Source: Azolla caroliniana
Lineage: Eukaryota; Plantae; Polypodiophyta
Reading direction: 5' to 3'
Assembly (NCBI GenBank): GCA_043228905.1
Contig: JBHGNT010000007.1
Span: 310,001-374,000, forward strand
Length of the DNA: 64,000 bases
Part shown: one piece after another, positions 26,636-38,622 of the stretch
Layout: each line of letters starts with the position of its first letter
Numbering within the stretch: the stretch's first letter is position 1
Made by a program: the position numbers and the translations under genes
Notes under the pieces: model-generated
Told to the model about the DNA's origin: nothing
The model's database searches: none
The model's input: only the letters and a program-made list of their open reading frames with translations

Positions 26636-27104
26636 TGTCAGGAACAGTACTAAGACCGAGAAGGAATTAGTGTTAAAATATGAGGATTAGTACTAAGAGA
26701 GGTGTAGAACTCTCAAGAGAAGGAGATAGAGAGATAGATAGATAGATTATATTATCGTATTCGGAGGTCAAATATGACCTATGAGACCAAAAATATTACA
26801 AAAGTTGATGATAACAAAAGATATATATTATGTGAAGAGAATAAACAGTAATAGCTAGGAGGCTTAAGACTGGCATTGAACCGATTTGGTTCGAAATAAT
26901 GCATTGTGCCTCCTTTTATAGTGTTCTCAGGAGTACTCCTGAAGTTTCTGGAATGTTCCAGAGAGATCTGGAATATACAACAATTTTCTATAGTAAAACT
27001 TAAATGAAAGTGTTATTTTTTGTATTACAACATATAGTCTAATGGTCAAGAGCTTGAGCCGTGTAACATAAGGTCATGGGTTTGAGTCTTGCCATATCAT
27101 GACA
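26636..27104 (-). repeat. 5' LTR of the chromovirus
   Basis: TGTCA...TGACA termini; TATAAAAG on the - strand at 26920-26913. Confidence 0.95.
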
Positions 27105-27109
27105 CCCAT

Positions 27110-27500
27110 AATGTACCAACAACCATCTAAACAATACAACTTTTGTAAGATTTTGCCTCAATAAGCACCCAACCAAGAATCTTGTACATCACCCGATCTC
27201 CAAAATTTATAAGTTGTTGGCACCATAGCCAAACCGCTCCTTAGCAAGAGTACTGGAAAAAAGGGATTTGCTTACCTAGTATTTCTTGCGATGATATGAT
27301 TTGTCATTTCTACTCACCTAGATCCCATAGAAGGTGATTAATGGGCTTATTCTCATAAACCCACAAAGTATAGATGCAACTCTTACCTAAATATGGCCCC
27401 AATAGTTGACATCTTAGAATGGTTTCAAAGAGAAAAAGAAGGATGTGTTGTGACATGACATGATATGGTAAAGCACAAGGGAAGCATTGCCTTTTGCATA
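27110..27500 (-). mobile_element. L1-type LINE fragment, proximal half (split by the gypsy insertion); right boundary approximate
   Basis: Reads into KVVLFRWLLVHYG, continuing across the TSD into 21396-21184. Confidence 0.65.
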
Positions 27501-28589
27501 ATTAAGCCATCTTTGCAAATGAAGTCTGAGAATGGTATTACAAGGTACTTTAATACAATTCTAAGTTATGAATATGCCTTAATGTTAACACAACCTTCAT
27601 GGCTATGCTATCAATGGTCGTGTTTCACAATGTTAAACATGTGAGTGCGAGTTTTGATCATTATGTTTCAATTTTTGTATTCATAACAAGGGCTCTTCAT
27701 AAATCTAGTTTGTGATCATGCAACATGAATCAATTGGTCAAAGAAACATGCCATGCACGCTCTAACCAAACTTGGAGAAACAATACATAAGCAAGAGCAA
27801 GTACAACCAATATTAGAGATTGTGTGGTAATCTTATATGAGTTTTCTACCATAAGGTCATATTGGGGAGAAACACCATACACATTATCATGTAATATAAA
27901 CTATGAAAAATTTCAAAATCTATTGCAAATGCTAATGACTACGATTTCTCAAATTGGGCCCTTACGTCACATGCGAATGGCATGTTTCCTCATCCAATAC
28001 ATGATACGTTGATAAAAAATGTTCAAATTTGTAGAGTTGAAGCACAACATAAAATCTTAGCCTCAAATAAATAATCACAATCCATTACTGACATCATAGA
28101 ATGAACCATATGTGCAATTGCATTCGAGAATGATTGAATCAAACATGTATGGTAAATCATCTCAAAGTTGGATTGAATTTATAAGTTGGAAAAAATAAAT
28201 AAAGATTGGAATTTAAAAAAATGACTATGGTCTATATTATATATTGATTGAATCAAATGTCAACACAATTGAAAGTTCAAAACTTAGGAATTACTTAACT
28301 ACTAAACATTGGAAAGCATGAACATAAAAATCAAATATTTCAAAGACATAATTGTATTGATGATGAGCGCATCTTACAATTATCAATGTTCTCATCTCGC
28401 GACTAGTGAAGGTATCGATCTCTTCACTTTAGAACAATACCAAAAAATGAGTATGAACTATAGAGATTGAATCAAAATATGTCATTATAAATTATAATCA
28501 AACGTTCAAAAACTCCTAATAAATATATTGGAGAATATGAAGAAAACATGACACTAACAGAAAATTTTACTATGACATGACACTAACGA

Positions 28590-28675
28590 GAGAGAAAAAG
28601 GTAAGAAGATTGGCATTCGAACCCAAGATATATGCAATAATAGCAATACAACTTACCACTAAGGTGAGGTAATTT
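28590..28675 (-). mobile_element. Partial copy of the second tRNA-like head of the SINE-like repeat
   Basis: On the - strand: ACCTTAGTGGTAAG...TCTTGGGTTCGAAT, similar to 19357-19420; preceded by GAGAGA. Confidence 0.5.
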
Positions 28676-29579
28676 CTAATAAATAAAAATAGAACATGCA
28701 TCTTTCACTTTTGAAACGTGTTCGTTTCCAAACATTTTCAAACGTTTGTATGTTCGCACAAACACGTTTATTACGTTCTATGAAATTTATTGTAATAAAG
28801 TATACATGTACTTGAGGTATATACCATCACAACTTACATGGTTCAGTCTGGTTGGTGAGGAGAGCTCAATCCATTTGACAATATCCAAGAGATCATAATC
28901 ACAATGGCAATGGCAATCTTGATTGTGATGTCAATTCCAACGTCAATATACTCTTATATCATTCACAATCTAGAGTTATCTCTTTGTTTAGTGAGACAAA
29001 GAAGAACTTCATAAATCAAAGTTGCTTCATATCGGTTTTTAATTACCTTAGAATATATATGTGTTATAATCAAGCTCATAAATTTTACTCCCATGTAACT
29101 TTTCATTAACCTAGTACTTATGCACATGCTACATTGTGCTTAATCTATGTTTTAGTCACTAAAATGTGTGAGGGTTAAAATCATAAGAAGGGTACATATT
29201 GATCTTCATTTGTGTTTAATATTTCCCTTGGAAATATTCAAAAAGATAGGGCGGGTAAGACATAAACTTTGAATGGAAAATGAACACTATATCAAGGACG
29301 GTGTGCACTTAAATGGAGCTTATTCCATGTTGTCAAGAGCTTGCTGCCGTCACATCATTTTACTTGGATAAGACCTCTAACTAGATATTTTTTCTCTTAA
29401 CGTAATTGATGTACATAATATAATCAAACCATCAATTGGACTCATCTTTTTTATTACCTATAGGCTATAATCATGTGACAAATTGGGAAACTTCATTAGT
29501 CCAAACACCAACTACAATGTATTAAATCGTTTGATCAAGTAAAAAAGGTTAGTAATCACGCGACTACTAGTAAACTTTA

Positions 29580-30690
29580 GGGAAAAGTACCAACATACCC
29601 TTAAATGTTCGTCTATTTACCAGAATGCCCCTGGAAGTTCCAAATTTACCAAACTACCCCTATGTCCAAAAAGATACACTTTATAAAGTAATTATACACT
29701 CAAATCTACAAGCCCTATTTACCATATATATATATATATATATACATAGATTGACCCATGCGTGATATGCGGGGTATTCGACATCCGCAATATTCGTAGT
29801 ATTCGAGAATATAAAATTGCTCCAAGAATATTATAAAACCATTCGTTTATGGAAAATAAATTTACATAATAAAATTTATTCAATTCACTTAAAAAAAAGA
29901 AGGAAAAATCACAAATTAATCAAAAAATGGAAGGTCTTCAAAAATCAAAACCACTAGTGGAACCCATTGAGTGCCTCAAGCTTCCATAGCCATTGTTGCT
30001 TCTTTTGCTTTTGGCCTTTTGCCCATGGCATCCTTGACAACAACATGTGGATTGCTGTTGCTGCCCACCCCTGCCAAGACATCCCCTCCTGTGATCTCAA
30101 GGTAAACAAATCATGGAATTTTTTTATAACTTAACCCCCCCCCCCTTGTTTCTCTCCTCCTGTCTTAACCTATATTTATGTGAAATGATACCTTTGATGA
30201 GATTCTTCTTTCTCTTCTGCTTTGAACCTCATTGACTCTTTACATTTGATGGGTTTCTTTCTGTTTCTTTTTGTTTTTCCTTTCTTTCTTTTGCTACCCA
30301 AGCTGAGTGGTATCTTTTATGGATTCCTTCTGATTAACCTAATTTGAGTGATCTCTATCTTGGATCATATTTGTTTTACCCTAGTTTGATTGATATCTCT
30401 TATTGCTTTGTACTGTTTTGCCCGAGTGTATGTCTTATGCAGGAGGAAGAAAGGACGCAGTCAAACCCTAAATTTCGAGGAGCCGATGTTTGATGTTGTT
30501 CCTTGTTGATTGCTGATTGCTATTCCCTACTGAGCTCTTCTCTATTCGCTACTCGTCGAATGCATTTTTTCAAAAAAAAAAATAGGGAAAAAAAGGGGAA
30601 AAAAAAAGTTAATGAATATTGGAAGAAATATTCTTATACGTATTCGTTGGTATTCGTGGGGGAGGCCCCACGAATGCGAATATCTCAATC

Positions 30691-30765
<75 letters not shown>

Positions 30766-31078
30766 TACTGACCTTCTATGGATCCTGATGATGAAGACGA
30801 TTGATCAACCCAATGAACAAGAAAGAAGAGAAAGTCTACACTGTTAGGTACAAAGGACCCAAAGAATTGCTTAAGTAAAGAAATTTGTGTTTGAAGGGTA
30901 TTCTGGTAAATAGGGCTTGCAGATTTGAGTGTATAATTACTTTATAAAGTGTATTTTTTTGGACATAGGGTTAGTTTGGTAAATTTGGAACTTTCAGGGG
31001 CATTCTAGTAAATAGATGAGCTTTCAAGGGCATTCTAGTAAATAGACGAACTTTCAAGGGTATCCTGGTACTTTTCCC
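29580..31078. mobile_element. Non-autonomous Mutator-like element (MULE)
   Basis: ~145-bp TIRs (GGGAAAAGTACCA... / ...TGGTACTTTTCCC; right TIR has one extra 30-bp unit). 9-bp TSD TAAACTTTA (29571-29579) / TAAAATTTA (31079-31087). Confidence 0.88.
29745..30694. mobile_element. hAT-like non-autonomous element nested in a (TA)n tract inside the MULE
   Basis: 10-bp TIR CATAGATTGA / TCAATCTATG, repeated TATTCG subterminal motifs at both ends, (TA)n on both sides (TSD length cannot be resolved). Confidence 0.7.
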
Positions 31079-32938
31079 TAAAATTTATAAGCACAAACTA
31101 TATTGTATCGGTTGCTTTGCATACGTGAGCCAATATCTCTTGTAAGTAATCCAAACTTTTGTAATTTAACAAATATATTGACTTGCATATCTTATTCCAC
31201 ATACAATCATTAAACAAAACTTTACAAAAATGGAACTTTCATCAAGTTTCCATCAACCAACATTGGATATTTATTCATGAAAGGCAAGTTAGCGAGAATG
31301 ACCAAACTATAATTGCTCCATCTTTACCCTATCCTATATGCACACACAAAATACTAACCTTTCATAAAAATCAAATAGTATTGTGGTGTGCATGTATGCC
31401 TTTGTGCCACTCTTTTAGCACACCCTTTTTAGGATGCATGTACCTAAGCCAACCCACCCTTTTAGCATACCCTTTTAAGCTAAGCCAACCCAAATGGGTA
31501 CCTTTGTATAAATTATAAATTGAGTAAGAAGTAAGAACCTAACTAGATTGGCTTTGATCTCTTATGTGCATTTCACAGTATTATCATGAGGTAAATATGT
31601 ATTTGTGATATATATTACATATGCTCACATGGTGTGTGCACGTTTGTGGGTTACTCGTGAGTCGTGCTTATTTGAACTATCTAAGAAAAAACATTAGTGG
31701 ACAATATCCCACTAGTCTATGATTTTCACACATTGTTGTTCAATGTATGGTCCTTGTAAGTTCATGTATCCCTAGTGTTGGTTCATAATAGCATGGGTAA
31801 CCCATTACACAACCATTAATGATCAATGTTGAGGGCAATAAGGTGTCCCCTTTGCGGCCATGTGCTTGCATTACAAGCAAATGCGTTGTCCATATCTACG
31901 TGACCAATAACATGAAATTTAAAGCCCAAATAACATATTGAGTTGTTTTCAATCTCAATTATTAAGACACACATCTACAAGAAAAGTTTGCTTACTTTAT
32001 TGATCAATATATATTTTGAGGGATGTGTGTTTGCTCCTGAAGATATCAATAATGTTATAGAAAGTTAGGTTCATAACGCATGAACGAGTTATATAAGGGA
32101 CAACTATTGTTTATTGTTTGGGAAATCCTTTATTGACCATTCAATGTGTGAATACTAGGTGACATACTAGATAAAACAAATTTAAGAAGTTGACGAGGGA
32201 TACGTGTGTTAAAGATAAATGTAAAGGGGACACACGAGCTTTTCTAAAGAAACTTAAGCAAAGCACCTACATCGAAGCAATAAATATATAAAGTTGTATA
32301 AAAGTGGCGAAATGACCATTGCCAACATGCATTTAGTATTTTAAAGGATTGGTAACTTTTCGGACTATTGATATGTCATATAAAAACCGATAATTCAACA
32401 TTGTATTTACAACTTGACATTCATGTCTTGGTTCAATGCTACAAATTCATTGCCTCCTTATAGAGAAAGCTCCTGTGGTTAAATGATCCATTCATGTAAC
32501 ATAAGCATCCTCACCAATACAATGCTAAGAAGGACATGCCAATGTTTTAAATAACATATCATTTATTAGGCGTAAGTTGTAACAATTCATTGATTTTTTT
32601 GACTAGCCAATGCATGCGTGTGTTCTTTTTTGGAGATAAAATAATTTATTTGCACGACACAATCCACAAGAATGTGTATGCTCGCTCATGATGCACCCAA
32701 GATGACTAGTCTAAGCTTTTAAACATTGCATTACCTAGGACCTATTTTTTAACAAGTGTGATGCCATGCGCCATGTGGGTCAAAATTTTGAGTGAACCCA
32801 AGTTCGGTCCTTGCCATGGAGCATTTCCCATTGATTGCAATTGGTTCCTCGTGGACATTAAGAATCTCTCACTCCCTCTCCCCCTCTTTGACCAATCAAC
32901 GAACAACTCTACTTTATAAGAAAAACAATACACCTCTC

Positions 32939-32939
<1 letters not shown>

Positions 32940-32990
<51 letters not shown>
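32940..32990. repeat. (AC)n microsatellite
   Basis: Directly visible. Confidence 0.95.
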
Positions 32991-32991
<1 letters not shown>

Positions 32992-33774
32992 GCCAAGTAT
33001 CTAAGCATTCACACTCTCTCCAAGCATGATCTTGTGTAAGGATAATTACATACGTCTCTTTCACTTTCTTTGAGTGGTTGCCCAACAACTAATCGAGGCC
33101 AACAAGATCTCTTGACATTGGTATTTCATGAAGCATCGCTAGAATGGGATGTGAAACCATACAATATAACAATGAATTCAAGTGACATCCTTTGTTGAAC
33201 ATATTGTGCTAGTGTTATGGCTCTTGTCACCCACCTATCAATATCACATAGAAAAACACTTTCCAAATGTAAAGTAAAAACAATAGATGAAATTCCATGT
33301 GCACCATGAATCGAGCCACATCTTTTTCCAAATTTAGCTAAGTCGTGGCAATCTCTTGCGTCCATTCCTTATACACACAACCTCGTGGCATTGGTGTATC
33401 CAAGTTTAAAACATCACACTACATGTTAGTAAATCCATATTATGATAGATGGACAACAATTAGCGATACAATCAGAATTGACATTGAAGATCATATCATT
33501 GGGCATATATTTTGTAGTGAACACATGGTATGAAAGCCTCATTGCACATTACATCAATACGATAAAGTATTTTTCAAGTCAATGTGACAGTAAACCAAGT
33601 GAAGGGTATACATATATATATATATATATATATCTAAGGTTTGCACGCACTAAGAGTGAACCACCCAAGCATGCATAAACATGTTAAGAGAAATGGCGAC
33701 CCTAGTCGCAAGATTTGGTGTGTTCTTAAGAGATGAGTGGTCATAACTCCCCCGCGTTTGACAATGCAAAGAAC

Positions 33775-33792
33775 ATGTATGTATATACATAC

Positions 33793-33823
<31 letters not shown>

Positions 33824-33840
33824 TGTATGTATGTATGTAT
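33775..33840. repeat. (TATG)n microsatellite
   Basis: Directly visible. Confidence 0.9.
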
Positions 33841-33989
33841 ACACATATATCATATCTTATTATATTATACCAAGCCAACCAAAAATAGCCTCCCCATCAG
33901 AAAGAATAATAGTCTAGCACCCATTTATCTCCCTCACTCTGTTCTGTGTCTGTCTGTGTGTATATACACATGTATATGCATATATATGT

Positions 33990-34101
33990 AAGGAGACTAT
34001 TGAATGGGTGATTCTAATCTCTGTACTCTTTAATTTGAGCAAAACCTTCAAGATCTGGTCTCACGCCCAACACACCCCAATTTGATCTCTCCACAAAGGG
34101 T
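33990..34101 (+). promoter_or_regulatory. Putative promoter / non-coding first exon of the DA1-like gene
   Basis: TATATATG near 33982, then a strong donor GTAAGT at 34102 followed by CT- and T-rich sequence typical of a first intron. Would splice to the acceptor TGCAG ending at 38605. Inference only. Confidence 0.4.
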
Positions 34102-34409
34102 GTAAGTACTCTCTCTCTCTCTCTCTTCTTCGTTTCCGACCCCACCCTTACACTGTCTGTGAATGAACTTAATCTTCGGATTTGCAAAAGACTCCCTCAG
34201 ATTTTGTTTTTGTTTCATTTTTTTCCCCTTTGTGAAGAATCGGATTCTGTTTTCTATTTATGGTTTGTGAAAATGAGATTCCATCGAGAATTGCTTTTGT
34301 CAATGCTTTGTGAAATTAATTGTTTTCATCAGATTTTGTTTCTGGCAACCCTGTGTGAAAGGAATATTTTGCCATCAGTTTCTAGCAAAGAATGGACCAT
34401 CGGTGTGTA

Positions 34410-34830
34410 TGGTGGAGGAAGAGAAAGATGAACAATAGAGTGGGAGAAAAGAGAAGAATTTAGGAGTAAATGGCTGAGTAAGAGAAGCTCGGCAGCTCTA
34501 ATTCAAGAAAGGATAAGCACCCAAAACATCGAGGGTGAATGGGTTAGTGGCAGAGGAAGAGAAAGAGAAAGATGAACAAAAGTGTGGGAGAAAAGAGAAG
34601 AATAAATGAGTAAATTAATGAATAAGAGAAGCTCGGCAGCTCTAATGTAAGAAAGGATAAGCACCCAAAACGTAGATGGTGAATGGGGTAGTGGTGGAAG
34701 AAGAGAAAAATGAAAGAAAGAGTGGGAGAAGGAGAAGAATGAAGTAAACGAATTTACATAAGAAGCTCGACAGCTCTAATGCAAGAAAGGATAAGCACCC
34801 AAAATGTAGAGGGTGAATGGGTCAGTGTTG
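34410..34830. repeat. Tandem repeat, 3 x ~140 bp, purine-rich
   Basis: AGAAGCTCG(G/A)CAGCTCTAAT...AAGAAAGGATAAGCACCCAAAA recurs near 34483, 34626 and 34761. Confidence 0.9.
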
Positions 34831-35017
34831 AAAACGATTTGTAAATGAAGGTATAGTCACATTATATTCTTGCAAAAATTTTATTTTGTAGATCCGGTGG
34901 ATGATCTCCCTAGTGAAGGCCACTAGGAAGATAGAGCCAAATTACATGGGGCTGAGTAAACTTTTGTAAGTATGTGTGATCAGCTAATATCTCCTGGAAC
35001 CAGTCACAGGATTATTA

Positions 35018-35626
35018 TGTTGTGAATATGGAGCCGGCGACAACCGGCTGTCAAGCTGAAATGAAAGACAATGAGAAAACAGAAAACACAATAATAGAGA
35101 CACCAAGTTTTAACATGGAAACCCTGAATGGGAAAAAACCACGGGAGCCCATAGACTCCAAACAGAATCACTATGATATGTGTACAATACCCAAAGCCAC
35201 AACCTTGAGCTGACCTTCTTCTCAGCAGATGGACACACACACAAAGCTCTCACACTCTCTATATCCACTCAATGCTCACCCACACACATATATATCTTAA
35301 TGTGGTTGCCCTAGGTGTATTTATACTTATACACAAAATGGGCTATTTACAAATATGCCCACTAATCGGCTTCCAGCTCTTAGCCGACTCTGAGCGGATC
35401 GGCCCTCAGCCAACCAGCTGGCTCGCGTTCTTAGGATCTGTCCAGCTCTTGTCTGGACTGATTGGCTTACGGCCAACCCTTGGCGGATCGACTACCAGTT
35501 GATCCGGCTGATATCCTGTATCCAGCACCATGTTAGGCCGGCTGATAGCCGGTTCCTTAGCCAATCGGCTCCTGGTCGATCCAGCTTTCTAACTCATCCC
35601 ATCCGGAGGAACCAGTTATCCCAGCA
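35018..35626. mobile_element. Solo LTR
   Basis: TGTTG...CAGCA ends with a perfect 5-bp TSD TATTA (35013-35017 / 35627-35631); CCGG-rich interior. Confidence 0.75.
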
Positions 35627-36256
35627 TATTATTCCCAGACCACCTATCCCGCCCTATTAAACTTAATAAAACCCATGGGTGGACAAGAGATTGCTAAAGA
35701 TGATCAAAGAGCCAAATTTGATTTAGTGAACGAGACGAAGCTGTGAATCTAAGGCTGATAAAATAATGGTATTGTATCTCAATATGCTTCGTGCAGTATG
35801 GATCTTGAGGTTCTTAGAAATAGCCGTAACACTTTGGCTGCCACACCTGAACAGTTGTGTAAGGTGATTTCAAGTTGGCCAGGCACTAGAAGGTCCTATC
35901 AACCTTACGGTTTCGGTCTCTGGATTGCTAGACCAATTTAGGCAACATTTTTGTAAAGCTTTGCAAGCTTAGAGACAGTGCTGGGATGAGTCACATTCCA
36001 GAAGTCCCCAAAGATTGATATTAATGTGAGGTTAAATGTTAAGAGACTGTTTTACATTGTTATACTTTTGTTAAAGCTGAGGTTTGTTTGAACCCTGAGC
36101 TAAGTATAGGGCACCCTCTCTGCAGGAGGACTGAGTTGGAAAGCCAATGGTTCTTGAGGGGTTTTCAGTTTGTAAACTGAGTATTATGCACCCTCAGTGT
36201 AAGAGGAGGTAATTGAGACTAACGGGGGACGTCATAGTTTTAAGATGTTGCCAAGT

Positions 36257-36567
36257 TGCAATTTAGTTTAAGTTGCCTCGATTGGCATTCTCCACACCCT
36301 ACAGTTTTCGAGTCTTCATGTAGTGTACTGTTGCAGCATATTGTGTTGGTCACATGCTGCAGTCAGTCACTCCTAACCTCCAAAAATGAAATGTTTTTGA
36401 AACTTTTTTTTGCAATTTAGTTAAGTTGCCTTGACTGGCATTCCCCACACCCTACAGTTTTGGAGACTTCATATAGTGTACTGTTGCAGCATAATTCATT
36501 GGCCACACACTGCAAACAGTCACTTCTAACCTCCAAAAATGAAATGTTTTTGAAACTTCTTTTTTTT
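36257..36567. repeat. Tandem duplication, 2 x ~153 bp (diverged)
   Basis: TTGCAATTTAGTT...CCTCCAAAAATGAAATGTTTTTGAAACTT occurs twice. Confidence 0.85.
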
Positions 36568-36974
36568 TACAATTATTACTTGACTGACGTTACACAAAAA
36601 TTGTGGTGCAAAAGCTGTCTTTCTTCTTTCTTCCTTCTCCTGCTGTTCTGAGATCTTGTTCTCATTCAATCTCAGGCTCTCTCCCTCTCTCACTCCCTCC
36701 CCTTTTTATTGTTTTATCTGGATAAATTATTGTGTATATATGTTCTCGAATAATCCTATATACATTCAATTTTGATGTATAAAACTTTGATAATGACTGG
36801 GTTTTAAAGTCAAACATATATATTGGACATGTAATGCGGGAATCCTATTACTTGAAAAAAATGAATGCACAAAGTGGGTTGTTCACAACACCTTTAGCAA
36901 CTTTTCATTTGGTGCATAGGCAACTTTGTTAATGACTGTAGGTTTTAAGTCAAATGTATGTATTGGACATTTCT

Positions 36975-37245
36975 TGCTTCTTGTTTGATATCATCATTGG
37001 GGAAAGGCCTCTTGAAACAAGCCAACAATGTTAGATAGATGAAGGTAGAATTGTAGGAGTTGTTGACGTTCGAGCTCCATGTGCAGAAGTTCCATCAAAG
37101 TTGAGAATGGAGTGCTGACCACGTCCATTAACAACATGCCTTGCTTTGCATTTATTGAGGCTGCCACCTATCCAACGGTACCAATTACCTTGCATTGTGG
37201 CAGCTGTGGTACTAATATCCATGCCCATTCTTCTCATTGGCACCT
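36975..37245 (-). mobile_element. Ty1/copia RT remnant
   Basis: GGSLNKCKARHVVNGRGQHSILNFDGTSAHGARTSTT resembles copia DGS..KYKARLVAKG..Q..G.DF.ETFAPVAR; AFPNDDIKQE follows. Confidence 0.6.
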
Positions 37246-37769
37246 AATGCTGCGTTCATGGCATGACTCCATTGTGGTTGCTGAAGGGTCTCCTTGGTGG
37301 AAGCAGGCTCATTAGGATCATGGATCACCTTAGTCATCAAAGTAAGATGAATAAAATGCTTAGATTTCCCAGGTAGTCGTGAGGTAGGTTTGTAGTCGAT
37401 GCCCCAAGAGGCCGATGTGAAGCATCTGATGAAATGTCTAGGTTATATAACACAGTAGGCAATACGACATATATTAGCTTGATAGTGGTGTTAAGAGTTC
37501 ACAAGAGACACCACTCAACTGAAGGGAAGACGGCAGAAGGAACGCAGTGATGGCTTAGATCATGCAGTAGATGAGGAAGAAGAAGAGTGTTGTTTCCCTC
37601 TAAAGGAAGAAAGGAAGACGTTTTCCTCCAAAATTCTCTAAGATTGAACATTAAAAGAAATTATAATCTGGCATTTCCTAGGCCTTTCAGACTATTAAAT
37701 TTAAGTTTCAAACATTTTTGGAACCTGTTTCAGCTCGCCTATTTTTCCTCCCAAAGTTAAACCTTTAAA

Positions 37770-37866
37770 TTATGGTGCTTTATTGAATGAAGACCATGAA
37801 CAATAGATCTATGTTGACCAACCACCTGGTTTTTCTGTCCATTGTAAAGAGGGTCATGTTTATAGG
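37770..37866 (+). mobile_element. Ty1/copia RT remnant (opposite orientation)
   Basis: ALLNEDHEQ*IYVDQPPGFSVHCKEGHVYR resembles copia AFLNGDL.EEIY..QP.GF. Confidence 0.55.
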
Positions 37867-38622
37867 TATTTTGCTAACATATATGTATCAAAGTTAATCC
37901 GTCTAAAGTTTGTAAGAGGATATTAGGTACACTTTTTGTGTACTTTATTTTGTCACTCTTGTGACAGCCTTTGTTACTTAAGAATCAGTATCCTTTACAG
38001 TTGAATACACTTCTGAGAATGCTATTCTGCTAAATTAAAGTTCGGCTTTCTGAAACTTCAAAGAGAATATGCTTGCTGGATGTACCCTGCTAACGTTGTT
38101 CTTCTGATATTCTTTGGAGTGTTTAGCAAGATATACCTAGATGGAGTCATGCTGATCATGATTTGATTTTGTAACATTGCTAGTGGTCATGTCAAACTTT
38201 AAACATGTGCTGTTCATGTGTAAGGTATATGATTTTGAACATGTGCTGTTCATGTGTAACATGGCTAATGGATATTATCCTCTGCCACAGATTATTCTAG
38301 TGTTCTGTAATTAAGTTTAGAATCATCTCTTTGAGTGACATCCTTCATCAGCAAAGTTCGATATAACAATAAGCTAATCATGTAAAATTCAATACATTAG
38401 TTCAAGATCATGCCGTGTCTCGCTTCTTTCACTCGCTCAGCTACTTGCACTTACAGATGTAAATTGTACCCTTTTGGTCTTTGGAAGGCATATAAATTAT
38501 TAGAGAGCATTAATGTAGTCTGTCTTTAAATAATTTGATGTGCTCATGAAACAGAAGATCACATTGTTCTGCTGTAAGGTCTGATCTGGATTCATTCTTT
38601 TGCAGAATCTATTCCTGTACAC

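Larger units (their letters stand above)
21397..27104 (-). mobile_element. Full-length decayed Ty3/gypsy chromovirus LTR retrotransposon (Tcn1/Tf1-like)
   Basis: 5' LTR 26636-27104 and 3' LTR 21397-21819; TSD CCCAT at 21392-21396 and 27105-27109; PPT AAAGGGGGATAG at 21820-21831. Domain order on - strand: gag (KFDGTR, PTPMEID, CCHC remnant), protease (LLNFGANSCF), RT ([22 protein letters not shown]), RNase H (DASD, KADALSR), integrase (GHFG, C..C, GPF), chromodomain (EYEVAAIL...VDWLGY...TWE). Many stops. Confidence 0.95.

Noticed and set aside
33634-33991. Overlapping short ORFs
   Set aside because: Artefacts of the (TATG)n repeat.
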